DNA from: Squalus acanthias
Taxonomy: Eukaryota
Direction of reading: 5' to 3'
Length of the DNA stretch: 64,000 nt
Assembly (NCBI GenBank): GCA_030390025.1
Contig: CM059431.1
Coordinates: 125,862,001 to 125,926,000 of the forward strand
The notes under the pieces were generated by a model, which ran no database searches, was not told where the DNA came from, and saw only the letters and a program-made list of their open reading frames with translations. This document shows, piece by piece, positions 11,201 through 19,906 of the stretch (the first letter of the stretch is position 1; the number at the start of each line of letters is the position of its first letter). The translations under genes and the position numbers were made by a program.

Positions 11201-11545
11201 ATCTTGGTCCGGGAAGTGTTCTCGCGATGGGGACTCCCCCGTTTTGTGGAGTCAGACCAAGGGAGTCATTTCACCGGCCAGGTGATGCAGAACACCCTCA
11301 TGCTTTTGGGCATTGAAGGGAAGTGGCACGTAGCACACAATCCCCAGTCATCCGGGATTGTTGAACGTATGAACCGGACCCTGAAGGAGAAATTGAGGAA
11401 AGAGACTAGGAACTCGCCCCAAAAATGGGCGGAAGTTCTGCCTTTAGTCCTCATGGGGGTCCGGGCCAGTCAGTCAAAAAGTACGGGGTACTCCCCGCAC
11501 GAGGTAATGACCGGCAGGCTCATGCGAACCCCACCCATGTGCTAG
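8204..11545 (+). CDS. pol: Pol (PR-RT-tether-RNase H-IN), in frame with gag beyond a single TGA
   Basis: PR LLDTGAS (~8309); RT LPQGFHNSP and YVDD (9269-9280); degenerate RNase H (~9700-10010); RNase H IYVDGS...AE...SDS...GNRQAD (~10154-10585); IN HHCC and DYIG/ESDQG/VERMN. Confidence 0.96.
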   Translation, partial: LEPAQPVYLCPLSYDAWRRPVVEMEVEKQKGSYLLDTGASCTIIHTDDPFDSPLPTKVPFTLAGFTGKEQAGTFSLPLSIRLGTLRLKWKCILMAWQKGGGRGILGSDLLAGHGILVDLRNHCLWGAKGEKGEVMVIQGEEETGVLCTVQPSGGYDLRLMVADVPTDMQTYVSDNMHAFATHKHDCGRVVGFEVSVDGDPMTRPQKQYNFPKEAEPDMETAMSSLVQQGVLRPIATHVNSPLWPVRKPDNSWRATVDYRVLNSNIPACAPTVAAVADLIGSIPASATTFTVLDISNGFWSIPLRREDQYKFAFTFKGQQYTWNCLPQGFHNSPSIFHQCMAGSLKEFSQPNQIVQYVDDLLLFTDSREEHGPLLDELLELLARKGFKVNPKKARIGQQEVKFLGLTLRAGERAIDKARRESVQELPIPSNVRGVRSFLGLTGYCRDFIEDYAATAAPLLRLLHKGVEWLWDEGCQAAFEKLKRDLQTAPALGAIDGGKEFFLEVAASGDSLSAVLLQERHGKLRPVVYSSRVLTDVERSFSNCERHLLATHWAVKRSAIFTGLSPITLLTHHTPTKMLLDGRIKDGTVSSARIARWTLLLSQLDLRVKGLCEPRLAANLVYPGTAHRCSVEGVWDVNIGLRAGIHPTGREIYVDGSSTVSAGERLTGCGVYDPAADLALAIKLPSTMSAQQAELSAVVYVVTHPDIFPTPYTICSDSMFTCNSCTEYLAIWSRRGYTSADGRPLTVKPLLEKILAAAVGEEGEIFIHKVKAHSSTEPRGEGNRQADALAREGARDGIFWNPYRTGPIAAVRGGDGNTGNTRVALPLDLKTVQAQDPALKAVLKTIAEGRQVEGPYSTATLSVKEGMLFRGEQWVVPQQHRREFLQLAHEGPGAGHPGPEVTWQRVEQAGWWPGLREQVREFCANCLVCAANNPDPQKRKVPMGHVRRVEGPWQSIQIDYIGPLPTTQGGYKYCLVLVDVFSKWVEAFPCRTATALGTAKILVREVFSRWGLPRFVESDQGSHFTGQVMQNTLMLLGIEGKWHVAHNPQSSGIVERMNRTLKEKLRKETRNSPQKWAEVLPLVLMGVRASQSKSTGYSPHEVMTGRLMRTPPMC

Positions 11546-12726
11546 CCCCGGTGCTCACTGAGGGTCAGCTTCAAGAGATAAGCAGGGACAAGTTCGCCCA
11601 GACTCTCTTGGAGCGCCTGAAGCAAGTTTATGAGCAGGCGGCTGGGAACATGGGAAGGCAGCATCAGGGCAATCGCTTGTTGCTGGAACCCCGCAAAACG
11701 CGGGAGTGGGAAGTAGGAGACCAGGTCATGGTCAGAAACTACGCCAGAGTAGGGAGTCTGGAACCACTGTATATGGGACCCTACAACATTGTAGACAAGG
11801 CGAGTCCCATGGTTTACGCCGTAAAAGTACCTCGGCGCACTAAGTGGTTCCACATAAACCAATGCAAACTGTACCAGCCGGGTGCGCAGGGGAAAACTAC
11901 AGGGGTAAATCCCGCCAATGGGAAAACACAGCCCCAGGTAGGACCACAAGGCACACAGGCAGGCGTAGCAGCTTGCATCAGGGGAAGGGACATCCCGGAC
12001 GATCATGCAGCGTTTTTCTGGAGTTGGGGGTTAGATGACGAAGAACCCAGGGTACCCTGGTCAGATGAGGATAGTGCAGATGAGCATAGTGATGATGACG
12101 GGTGGTTCCTGAGGAACGGTCTGGGAGGAATGGGGCCGATAGGTAGAGATCCACACGGGGTGGACACACAAGCTGCAGGTCCCGACAACAGGAGGGAGGA
12201 GCTAGAGGAGGCAGGGCCAGCCGCTATAGGAGCACAGAGAGTACCAATGTGGTTCCCAGAGGTGTGGCCGCCCGCTTTGAACGTCCAGTCCTCAGGGGAG
12301 GCAGAGATCACGAGTGAAGGGCCGCCTGCTGGGCCGAGCAGGGCGGAGCCACGAAATGCCAGCCCCGAGGTTAGGGAGGCGGAGTCAGCGGAGGCGGAGC
12401 CGGCGACTGTGATGGAACCCCAGGTCATCCCGTTGGAGGTCTCGGAACCCGGTCCGTCCGTCACGGAACCCCCGCCCATAGCAACTCCCCGTAGGTCAAG
12501 CAGAGAACCCCAGCCCAGGAGGATGTGGTCATGTCCCCAGACTGCCCCAAGGCGTAAAATTCAGGTTAAGATAACCCGGGTAGAGACAGGCCACATCGCA
12601 GCAGTAACAGGCTGCGGCAGATCAGAGGAAAGGGTCAGCGCAGCAACAGGCTGCGGCAGATCAGAGGGAAGGGTCAGTGCCCTCCCACCGTCGGGAAGAG
12701 CTCGCAGCAGCCTTCTCAGAATTTAA
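11530..12726 (+). CDS. Integrase C-terminus (GPY/F) plus long acidic/Pro-rich extension, shifted -1 relative to pol
   Basis: WEVGDQVMVR...LYMGPYNIV...WFHINQCKLY is a typical IN C-terminal module. Adding one C to the C4 run at 11529-11532 restores MRTPTHVLAP and a continuous Pol. Confidence 0.85.
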   Translation, partial: PTHVLAPVLTEGQLQEISRDKFAQTLLERLKQVYEQAAGNMGRQHQGNRLLLEPRKTREWEVGDQVMVRNYARVGSLEPLYMGPYNIVDKASPMVYAVKVPRRTKWFHINQCKLYQPGAQGKTTGVNPANGKTQPQVGPQGTQAGVAACIRGRDIPDDHAAFFWSWGLDDEEPRVPWSDEDSADEHSDDDGWFLRNGLGGMGPIGRDPHGVDTQAAGPDNRREELEEAGPAAIGAQRVPMWFPEVWPPALNVQSSGEAEITSEGPPAGPSRAEPRNASPEVREAESAEAEPATVMEPQVIPLEVSEPGPSVTEPPPIATPRRSSREPQPRRMWSCPQTAPRRKIQVKITRVETGHIAAVTGCGRSEERVSAATGCGRSEGRVSALPPSGRARSSLLRI

Positions 12727-13016
12727 AGGGGCCGCCCTGAGAACGGGCGGCACTGTAAAGTTATTAGTTTAAGGTTTTAAGTTTATAGTTCAAAGTTAAG
12801 TTTTAAGTTTATTAGTTCAAGGTTAAGTTTGTAGTGTTTTAACAGATAACGATAAAATGATGGGAGTTTTAAGGCTAGGTTTAGAGGAAGTCTATTCAGC
12901 AAACGTTGAAGTTTACGTGAGGCGAGGTCAGGGGACCCGCTCACCCTTCACAACAGCCAGAGACTTTTTGCGAGGCTGGCTACCTCATTCTATCTGATCA
13001 CAGGAACCAAGGAAGG

Positions 13017-15368
13017 ATGGAACGACTTCTAGTATTGCTCGTGGCAATCGGATGTGGATTGGCCTACCGAGGCCACACCAAGGATGTCGTGGTGTTTGGA
13101 TGTTCCGGGGACACGGCCCCCATCGCGGTGGATGGGACCGGAAGACGGAAGGCAGAGGGGACCAGCACCTATTTCCACAAGGGAAGGTGGCCAGGATGGC
13201 TGGGAACGAACTCAACGGAGTATTCCAGCACATCGGGGTTCGCCTACAAAGAGACTTCTTTAATGTGCCCCAAAGTACGGATCATCGCACCCAGGATCAG
13301 CGTCACCGTCGGCAAACGGATTTGTTTGACCTGTAGTGGGGATGTCCCATTGAGCCGATGGTGGTGGCTGCGAAAGCTGAGCAAAACTATGAGAAACTCT
13401 TCGGTCGAGTGGGAACGACTGGGTAATAATACCCATCGGACAATTACGGGGACAGACGGACAAGTGAAAGTCTGTTGGGACAAATGGTGGGAACCGGATG
13501 AGGGGATTTATGTATGTATGTGGGGGTCAAAGTACGTTTGCCCCAAAGGCATCTCCATATTTTTTATTAAACAGTGGCAGGATAACGGACAGGGGATGAG
13601 GTGGGATGCGAGCACCAGGGGGTGCGGAGCCCCATTCTCCCCGATCCCAGTAAATGCCACTGAGCTCATTACGCGCCCACGCAAAGCCCCGCCCACGATT
13701 CCGGTGGTTCTAACTGAGGAAGAAGGGTGCCCTAAAACTAGTAAGGGACCCGGGAACGGTTTGGTACTGGTCCCCACAGACCAGATACTATTTCAGGGGG
13801 TACATTACGCGGTGGCCTCGGTGATTTTAAATCTCACTGAGGTACGGTTACCAGAGTGGTGCCCCAAAAAGACGGAACAGTTGTATCAGGTCCTGTTGAC
13901 CAAGATGTTCAGACAATTTTACGAGTTTGATTTTGCAGAAATTGACAAGACAAGCTTGTACACCGCACCACACGAAGTTTTGGGTCAGGTGGGGAGACAA
14001 AGAAGGGGTGTGGTGAACGATGCGTTCACTGCTTTTAACACAGGGACATCTGTGGTCAACGCTCTAGACAGTGTGGAGCTGCAGACCCAGATTAATGGTT
14101 TAAAAACACAGTTAAAAGACATTCTAACAGATGAGAATAAAGTGGTAGGGTCAGGTCTACACGAGGACCAAGCCATGACTCTCCATTTAAAGGAAATCAT
14201 AGCAGAGCTGGAGAAACATGCGCGTACGGTAAATGCCCTGATTAGGGAAGATCGGAATGCATCCGATCAAGCTGCGCAGAACGAGGTGTGCGTGCTTTAC
14301 GGGGCGTGGTTACTGGGCGAGGGCCGCAGTAATTTGGAGGATTTAAAACAAGGTTTGGTTCCGTCCTGGATAAGTAACAAACACCTACGGGCGCTCCACC
14401 CTTTTCAGAACGCATTAAGTCCGTGCCAGCTCAGGCTAGCTTCAGAAGCTTACCCAGTCCCCGTGGACTGCGGACGTTCAAACCATACTATTATGGGAAT
14501 AGTATTACGCATGCCGGTTTTGGGCAACACAGCAAAGCCCGCCCCGGTATATCGGGTAGAGAACATTGGTGTCATTCAGGGGGGAGTCCACATTCGTTAT
14601 GCAGCGGTTCCACCTTACGTCATCCGCTGGGAGCAAACGATGACAGGTACAGATCTCTCTGGTTGTCGTGGCAGGGGAGCACACATAATACTGTGCCCCC
14701 AGCACTTGAATGCCTTTTTAACACCACAGTGCGGGTTCAGAACGGCTGGCGCCAAGTCCATGAATTGCACCATGGAGGCAATGGCACAAGATCATGTGCC
14801 TCCGCAGGTAGCATACATCGGGGGTGGAACATATTGTGTTACCACTGCAGCGCAACACTACCAGCATGGAAACCGTAGCCGGTGTCCGGTGAGTGACAGC
14901 AGTTTCTGTTTTAAACCCAGGGCTGAAGTTCAAGTAGCACAACAGCGAATTATCCCAATCCCTGAACCATCCACTGTTCATCTCACAGTAAAAGAGAATT
15001 TCACCGACTTGCAGCAATTTGTCGCGCATTTTGGATACCTCATTCCCCCTCTCCCTGAGCATTTAACCAAACTTCTGAAAGCCGTCGCGGTATCACAGAA
15101 GCATTTTTATACGTTAGAGCAGAAAACTGTCGAGATAGGAACAGACATTTTGGACATAGTGGTTCCACCGTGGTGGAATCTGTTCACGAATATTGAAGTG
15201 CCTTCATGGGTCAGAATAGCCTCCCACATTTTAGTCGTCTGTCAAGTGTTTATTGTAGTGTACCTATTGTTCATACATTGTAAAAGAGACAAGCGCCTCA
15301 CCAAGCATGAGAACACGGGAGAGTGGCGAGAACGTTACGTGCGCGTGCACGACGAGAGTACCGTGTAA
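13017..15368 (+). CDS. env: Env, 783 aa: signal peptide, Ig-like domain, class I fusion core resembling paramyxovirus F, TM anchor
   Basis: Hydrophobic N-terminus, N-glycan sequons, furin site RQRR (13995-14006), heptad region, Cys-rich region, TM ILVVCQVFIVVYLLFIHC and short tail. Candidate splice acceptor CTGATCACAG (AG at 13002-13003). Confidence 0.92.
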   Translation: MERLLVLLVAIGCGLAYRGHTKDVVVFGCSGDTAPIAVDGTGRRKAEGTSTYFHKGRWPGWLGTNSTEYSSTSGFAYKETSLMCPKVRIIAPRISVTVGKRICLTCSGDVPLSRWWWLRKLSKTMRNSSVEWERLGNNTHRTITGTDGQVKVCWDKWWEPDEGIYVCMWGSKYVCPKGISIFFIKQWQDNGQGMRWDASTRGCGAPFSPIPVNATELITRPRKAPPTIPVVLTEEEGCPKTSKGPGNGLVLVPTDQILFQGVHYAVASVILNLTEVRLPEWCPKKTEQLYQVLLTKMFRQFYEFDFAEIDKTSLYTAPHEVLGQVGRQRRGVVNDAFTAFNTGTSVVNALDSVELQTQINGLKTQLKDILTDENKVVGSGLHEDQAMTLHLKEIIAELEKHARTVNALIREDRNASDQAAQNEVCVLYGAWLLGEGRSNLEDLKQGLVPSWISNKHLRALHPFQNALSPCQLRLASEAYPVPVDCGRSNHTIMGIVLRMPVLGNTAKPAPVYRVENIGVIQGGVHIRYAAVPPYVIRWEQTMTGTDLSGCRGRGAHIILCPQHLNAFLTPQCGFRTAGAKSMNCTMEAMAQDHVPPQVAYIGGGTYCVTTAAQHYQHGNRSRCPVSDSSFCFKPRAEVQVAQQRIIPIPEPSTVHLTVKENFTDLQQFVAHFGYLIPPLPEHLTKLLKAVAVSQKHFYTLEQKTVEIGTDILDIVVPPWWNLFTNIEVPSWVRIASHILVVCQVFIVVYLLFIHCKRDKRLTKHENTGEWRERYVRVHDESTV

Positions 15369-15749
15369 TAGGAAAATGGCGTCACTCCCGCTCGCCACGT
15401 GCGCCGCGGAAGTTTGTACTCATTGTAAATACGTTGGAAACTCGACATGTTTAAGAGTTGGGATTTGTTTATTTTGGTGATGGTGTTGATTGTTTGGTTT
15501 TGGGTTTTGTTTTTCCTTTCCCTGAATAAAAGACAAATATACAGGTGATGCGTGAGGTATCGGCCTGGTTACGCCGGAAAGGAAAACAAGTGGTGTAAGT
15601 TTAAGGGCAAATGATGCCTACGGTGATATAAAATGTGATTTTCTTGGGAAATGAGGACGACACAGAGACCCTAGTTAAGTTAAAATTTATGGGATTAATT
15701 TACTGGATTCGGAGTGAAATCGAGATAAGATTGCTCACCACTGAGATTT

Positions 15750-15790
15750 TTGATACGATAAGCGGAGTTATTCGCATCAACAGGAGGGAC
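15750..15790 (+). promoter_or_regulatory. Short polypurine tract (AGGAGGGA) within a conserved 41-nt block
   Basis: Abuts the 3' LTR; identical to 40764-40804 (-) in provirus 2. Confidence 0.75.
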
Positions 15791-17510
15791 TGTAGAATTC
15801 GCAATTATCGCGATTTGATTAATAAGGAGAAAACACAAAATTTCGTTCAAACAGCTTTTATTTCAGCAGAATGCTGTCAGGTTTAAATTGGACACAAGCA
15901 GCCTGTAAAATGGCCGCCGCACCTCGTGACAGAACATTCTAGACTTTTCAACAGGCAGACAAGATGGCGTTCCATTAAACATTTTTTGCAAGATCGATGA
16001 CGATTCAGCACAGTGAAGATAATACACGGGACATTATGGGTTTGCAGTATAAACATAGATACTGGAATCGGTCTCCCAGGTGCAAAGGAAAGCCATTGTA
16101 CCAAGTACTTAAGGGCCCATCCAAAGGACATTAATATGTAAACTCCCAACGGCTCTACGATGAGAGAGCCGTTAGCAGGTAGTTATACAGGACACTTGGA
16201 AGCCCCAAACCCCTCCAGGGAGAACACCGACCGATTTAACAATGGGAGAAATATTAACAGGTACTCAAACATTCATGAGTAGCCCCGAAACCCATTAAGA
16301 ACGGAGATCACCCATACAAGACATTTGGGCGCCAAACCCTAAACAAAAGAATGGACATTATAGTTGGGCGGGAAACGGAAGATTTTTTGCACTATAATTG
16401 CAGGCCCCAAACCGTCCATTCGCTCTCTTGCCGCTCTTGCTCGCTTGCTGCTTTTATCATCGTGGCTGCTCCTGTGTTTTATCCGGTCGATTCGTAACCT
16501 CGTGGCTGCTCCTGTGTGCTCGTAGTTGGGCTTCTGCGTGCCTGTTGCCTCTTCTGAAAAGACTGTTGAACTTTCTGATCCGTACGGATCTACCTCGTGT
16601 CGCGTAACGAAGACCTATGTTGGTAACTGGCAGCGGAACCAAAGGCCCGAGATGAGATGAGATGAGATGAGATGAGAGGAGAAGAGAAGAAGACCATATC
16701 CATCGCCACGGTCAGTAAATCCCGACCGCGCCTGTAGGTCGATCAGCCAAGTCTTCTCGACAGGAAGTTTTCTTCTTTAAACTTCTAACAAAGCATATTG
16801 CATCAATGATAACGGGACTGTGCAAACACATCGTATCAATGATATTGACAACGGTGCTCCTCGACTAAACTGTGAAGTCAACCAACAGAGGTCTTCACTA
16901 CAGCAGACGGTCCAGCCTACTAGCCCGAGCAGCAGAAGCCAGTAAACAAGTGGGACCAGGAGATCTCCTGACCGACACGTGGGTGCTGCGGTGAAAAACA
17001 TCCGATCAGCTATTCGGGATTTCTCCGAGTTATTACGAGTGGTGAGCATGAGTCTCGAGATCCTACGAAGCTAGTTTAGGATAGATATTGATAGGGGAGG
17101 GTTTAAAGATTAAGGATATTTGTAATGTATGCCCTATTTACGTTGTGCCGTTCGTTCCTCGTTTCCCTAAGATTGATTATAACCGTTTGTCAGATTGTAC
17201 TGTCATTAATCTGTGCGTATGACATGTATTTCATAATTTTAAGTATCATGCAATAAAGATTTTCCATTTCGTACCATTCAAACCAAGTCTACATGAGTTT
17301 TATCTCCATTACTGCTCTCGCATCTAAGTCCAGTGTCTAGAACCGTAAGGGAGAGTGATTCGAACCACTCACAGGTGTGTCTAGTGTTCCCAGACTGGCT
17401 GGAGACCAGAACAGGCAACCAGGCCTAGACCCGCACTGACATACAGGCTGCACAGAGCCGCGTGAATCTCACAGGCTACGAGACACGCAGGGTCAGGAGA
17501 ATCCCTTACA
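15791..17510 (+). repeat. 3' LTR of provirus 1 (1720 bp)
   Basis: Direct repeat of 4668-6387, followed by TSD GGTC. Confidence 0.97.
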
Positions 17511-18140
17511 GGTCGCACAACAACTGCACATTAAGTGAGTGGTAGCCTTTGCATTAAGGAAGATATCAGGATTGTTATGCGGTGCCCGCAAAGCCACGTG
17601 TGTGCAGTCGATGGCGCCCTGCACCATAGGGAAGCCCACTATCCTGGCAAAGCCACATGTGTGCTGCTGCTGCTTATCTCTGCTCAGAGTGAAAAAAACA
17701 TAGTCCCTTCTCCTGGTGCAGAGAGCCTCAGTGACTTCCCGGATGCAGCGATGGATGCTGAACTGTGAGATGTTAGCTATGTCTCCTGCTGCAGACTGGA
17801 AGGATCCACTGGTGAAGAAATTGTGGGCGACGGTGATCTTGAATGCCATTGGGATAGCTATGGTCGCCCTGCTCTCAGGCTGCAGATCTGGTTGCAAGAG
17901 GTGGCAGAGTTCTGTTACCACCTCCTTGGTGAAGCGGAGCCTCCTAATACACTGCTCCTCACTTACATGGATATAAGAGAAGTGCTCTGGGAAGATCCTA
18001 GGTGAGTAAGGCCTCCTGTGGAGAGTCCTCCTGGCCCTCCTCCTCCTCCCTCTGTGCGCATCTTCTTGTCTTCTTCGCTACCTCTGCTCCTTCTCCCGAA
18101 CGTACTCGAGCGCGAGGGGGACTGCCAGTAGAGCCCCCAT
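17511..18140 (-). pseudogene. Harbinger transposase, 5' half (continues at 4667)
   Basis: VTELCHLLQPDLQP...GFPMVQGAIDCTHVALRAP is nearly the same as the intact transposase at 52162; frameshifts present. Confidence 0.9.
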
Positions 18141-18776
18141 GACTGTGAGCAAGTGTTGTGAGCAGAAGCCTTTAAATAAGAATGAAGGCATTCTCCACTT
18201 GCATCCACACTCCCAGTTACCTTAGAACCTTGCAATAAGTTTATAAAGCTACTGGAGTTGCAGAAAGTTACACAGAGCCAGTCAAACTGCAGAAACATGT
18301 CAGCTGCAAGTTGTTGCTGATGATCCCTTTAATTACTGCTGCTGGAGCCTCCTTCCTACTTCTCAACGCTTGCTCAGGTGGTCGCACTTCAGGCATGCCG
18401 GTAAGTGGAGCGGCGAAGTTGAAACTCGCAGATCGGGCATCAAGTGAGCATTGCACCCTCACTGGCGTTCCGATCTGCTTCATCTACATAATTTTGACGA
18501 GCACCGACATTGGCCGCACTGACAGCCATCCAAAAATGGTGGCCGCCGCGGCACCCGCCGGCAGTGGGCAGAAGTGCCTTTTGTCTCCCCGTATCTGGCG
18601 GTAACAGGTGGCACTAAACCCCTGAATTTCTAACTGGGTCTCTGCCCGTGGGTACCCAGAGAGGCCCGGGACCACGAGTCTCCGTACCTCCCAGACCACC
18701 AGGTAGGCGCAGATTTTATTTGTGGATCGGAGGCATTTCCCCGCGGGAAGCCTCCGACTGCAATTTCAGGGCCATT

Positions 18777-19105
18777 GTATCCCCTGGCTGGAGAGTCCAG
18801 AACTAGAGGGCGTAGGCTCAGGATAAGTGGTCAGCCATTTAGGACTGAGATGAGGAGAAATTTCTTCACTCAGAGGGTTGTGAATCTTTGGAATTCTCTA
18901 CCCGAGAGAGCTGTGAATGCTCAGTTGTTAAGCATATTCAAGGCTGAGATTGATAGATTTTTGAACTCTAAGGGAATCAAAGGATATGGGGATCAGGTAA
19001 GAAAGTGGAGTGGAGGTCAAAGATCAGCCATGATCTTATTGAATGGCGGAGCAGGCTCATGGGGCCATTTGGCCTACTCCCACTCCTATTTCTTATGTTC
19101 TTATG
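18777..19105 (+). mobile_element. CR1 LINE 3' fragment
   Basis: ESRTRG...RRNFFTQRVVNLWNSLP C-terminus of ORF2 and (TTCTTATG)n tail. Confidence 0.85.
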
Positions 19106-19548
19106 TTCACCCCTGTGCTCGCTGACCTACATTGGCTTCCAGTCTGGCAATGTCTCGATTTAAAAATTCTCATCCTTGTTTTCAAATCCCTCCATCGCCT
19201 CGCCCCTCTCTATCACTTTAATCTTCTCCAGTCCTACAACCCTCTGAGATCTCTGCGTTGCTCCAATTCTGGCCTCTTGCGCATCCCTGATTTTTATTGC
19301 TCCATCATTGGCAGCCGTGCCTTCAACTGCCTAGGCCGTAAGCTCTGGAATTCCCTCCCTAAACTTCACCACCTCACTACCTCTCTTTCCTCATTTAAAA
19401 CGCTCTTTAAAACCTACCTACCTGTCCTAATATCTCCTTATGTGCCTCAGTGTCAAATTTTGTTTGATAACGCGCCTGTGAAGTGCCTTGGGATGTTTTA
19501 CTACATTAAAGCCGCTATGTAAATGCAAATTGTTGATGTTGTTGTTGC
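19106..19548 (+). mobile_element. L2-like LINE 3' fragment
   Basis: TPVLADLHWLPV...RAF...KLWNSLP...SSFKTLFKTYL is the typical L2 ORF2 C-terminus; ends in a (GTT)n tail. Confidence 0.75.
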
Positions 19549-19906
19549 AATCTCATGGCCTTGCATATCCCTCATTCCTCCATCATGATCAAACCAGATG
19601 ACCAACTTTGGTTCAATGAGGACTGTAGAAGAGGACACTGGGAGTAGCATCGGGCATGCATGAAAAAGTACTAACCTGGTGAAGCTATAACACAAGAATA
19701 CATGCACACTAAACAGTGGAAGCAGCATGCTATAGACAGAGCTAAGCGATCCCACAACCAATGGATCAGATCAAAGCTCTGCAATCCTGCCATTTTCAGT
19801 CATACATTGCCCATATCCCAAGAATGAATAAAACTGAAAAAAGGCTGTTAGTTAAGGAGTGTGTGGCAATTTCGATGGGAGAGGTGAAGTGAGAGAGGTG
19901 AGCCTG

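Larger units (their letters stand above)
4668..17510 (+). mobile_element. Provirus 1: full-length endogenous retrovirus-like element (lokiretrovirus-like), LTR-gag-pol-env-LTR
   Basis: TGTA...TACA termini, two 1720-bp direct repeats (offset 11123), 4-bp TSD GGTC (4664-4667 and 17511-17514), PBS, PPT and gag/pol/env ORFs. Confidence 0.97.
2626..18773. mobile_element. Decayed PIF/Harbinger transposon split by provirus 1
   Basis: TIR-like GGCCTAGAAATT at 2626 and AATTTCAGGGCC ending 18773. Flanking trinucleotides do not match, so the ends are uncertain. Contains convergent MYB (+) and transposase (-) remnants. Confidence 0.65.

Noticed and set aside
11520..11545. Programmed -1 frameshift within integrase
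   Set aside because: No X XXY YYZ slippery heptamer; loss of one C in a short run (mutation or assembly error) explains it.
12755..12845. T-rich TAAGTT repeats between pol and env as a CRISPR-like or regulatory array
   Set aside because: Irregular low-complexity sequence with no constant repeat-spacer structure; eukaryotic context.
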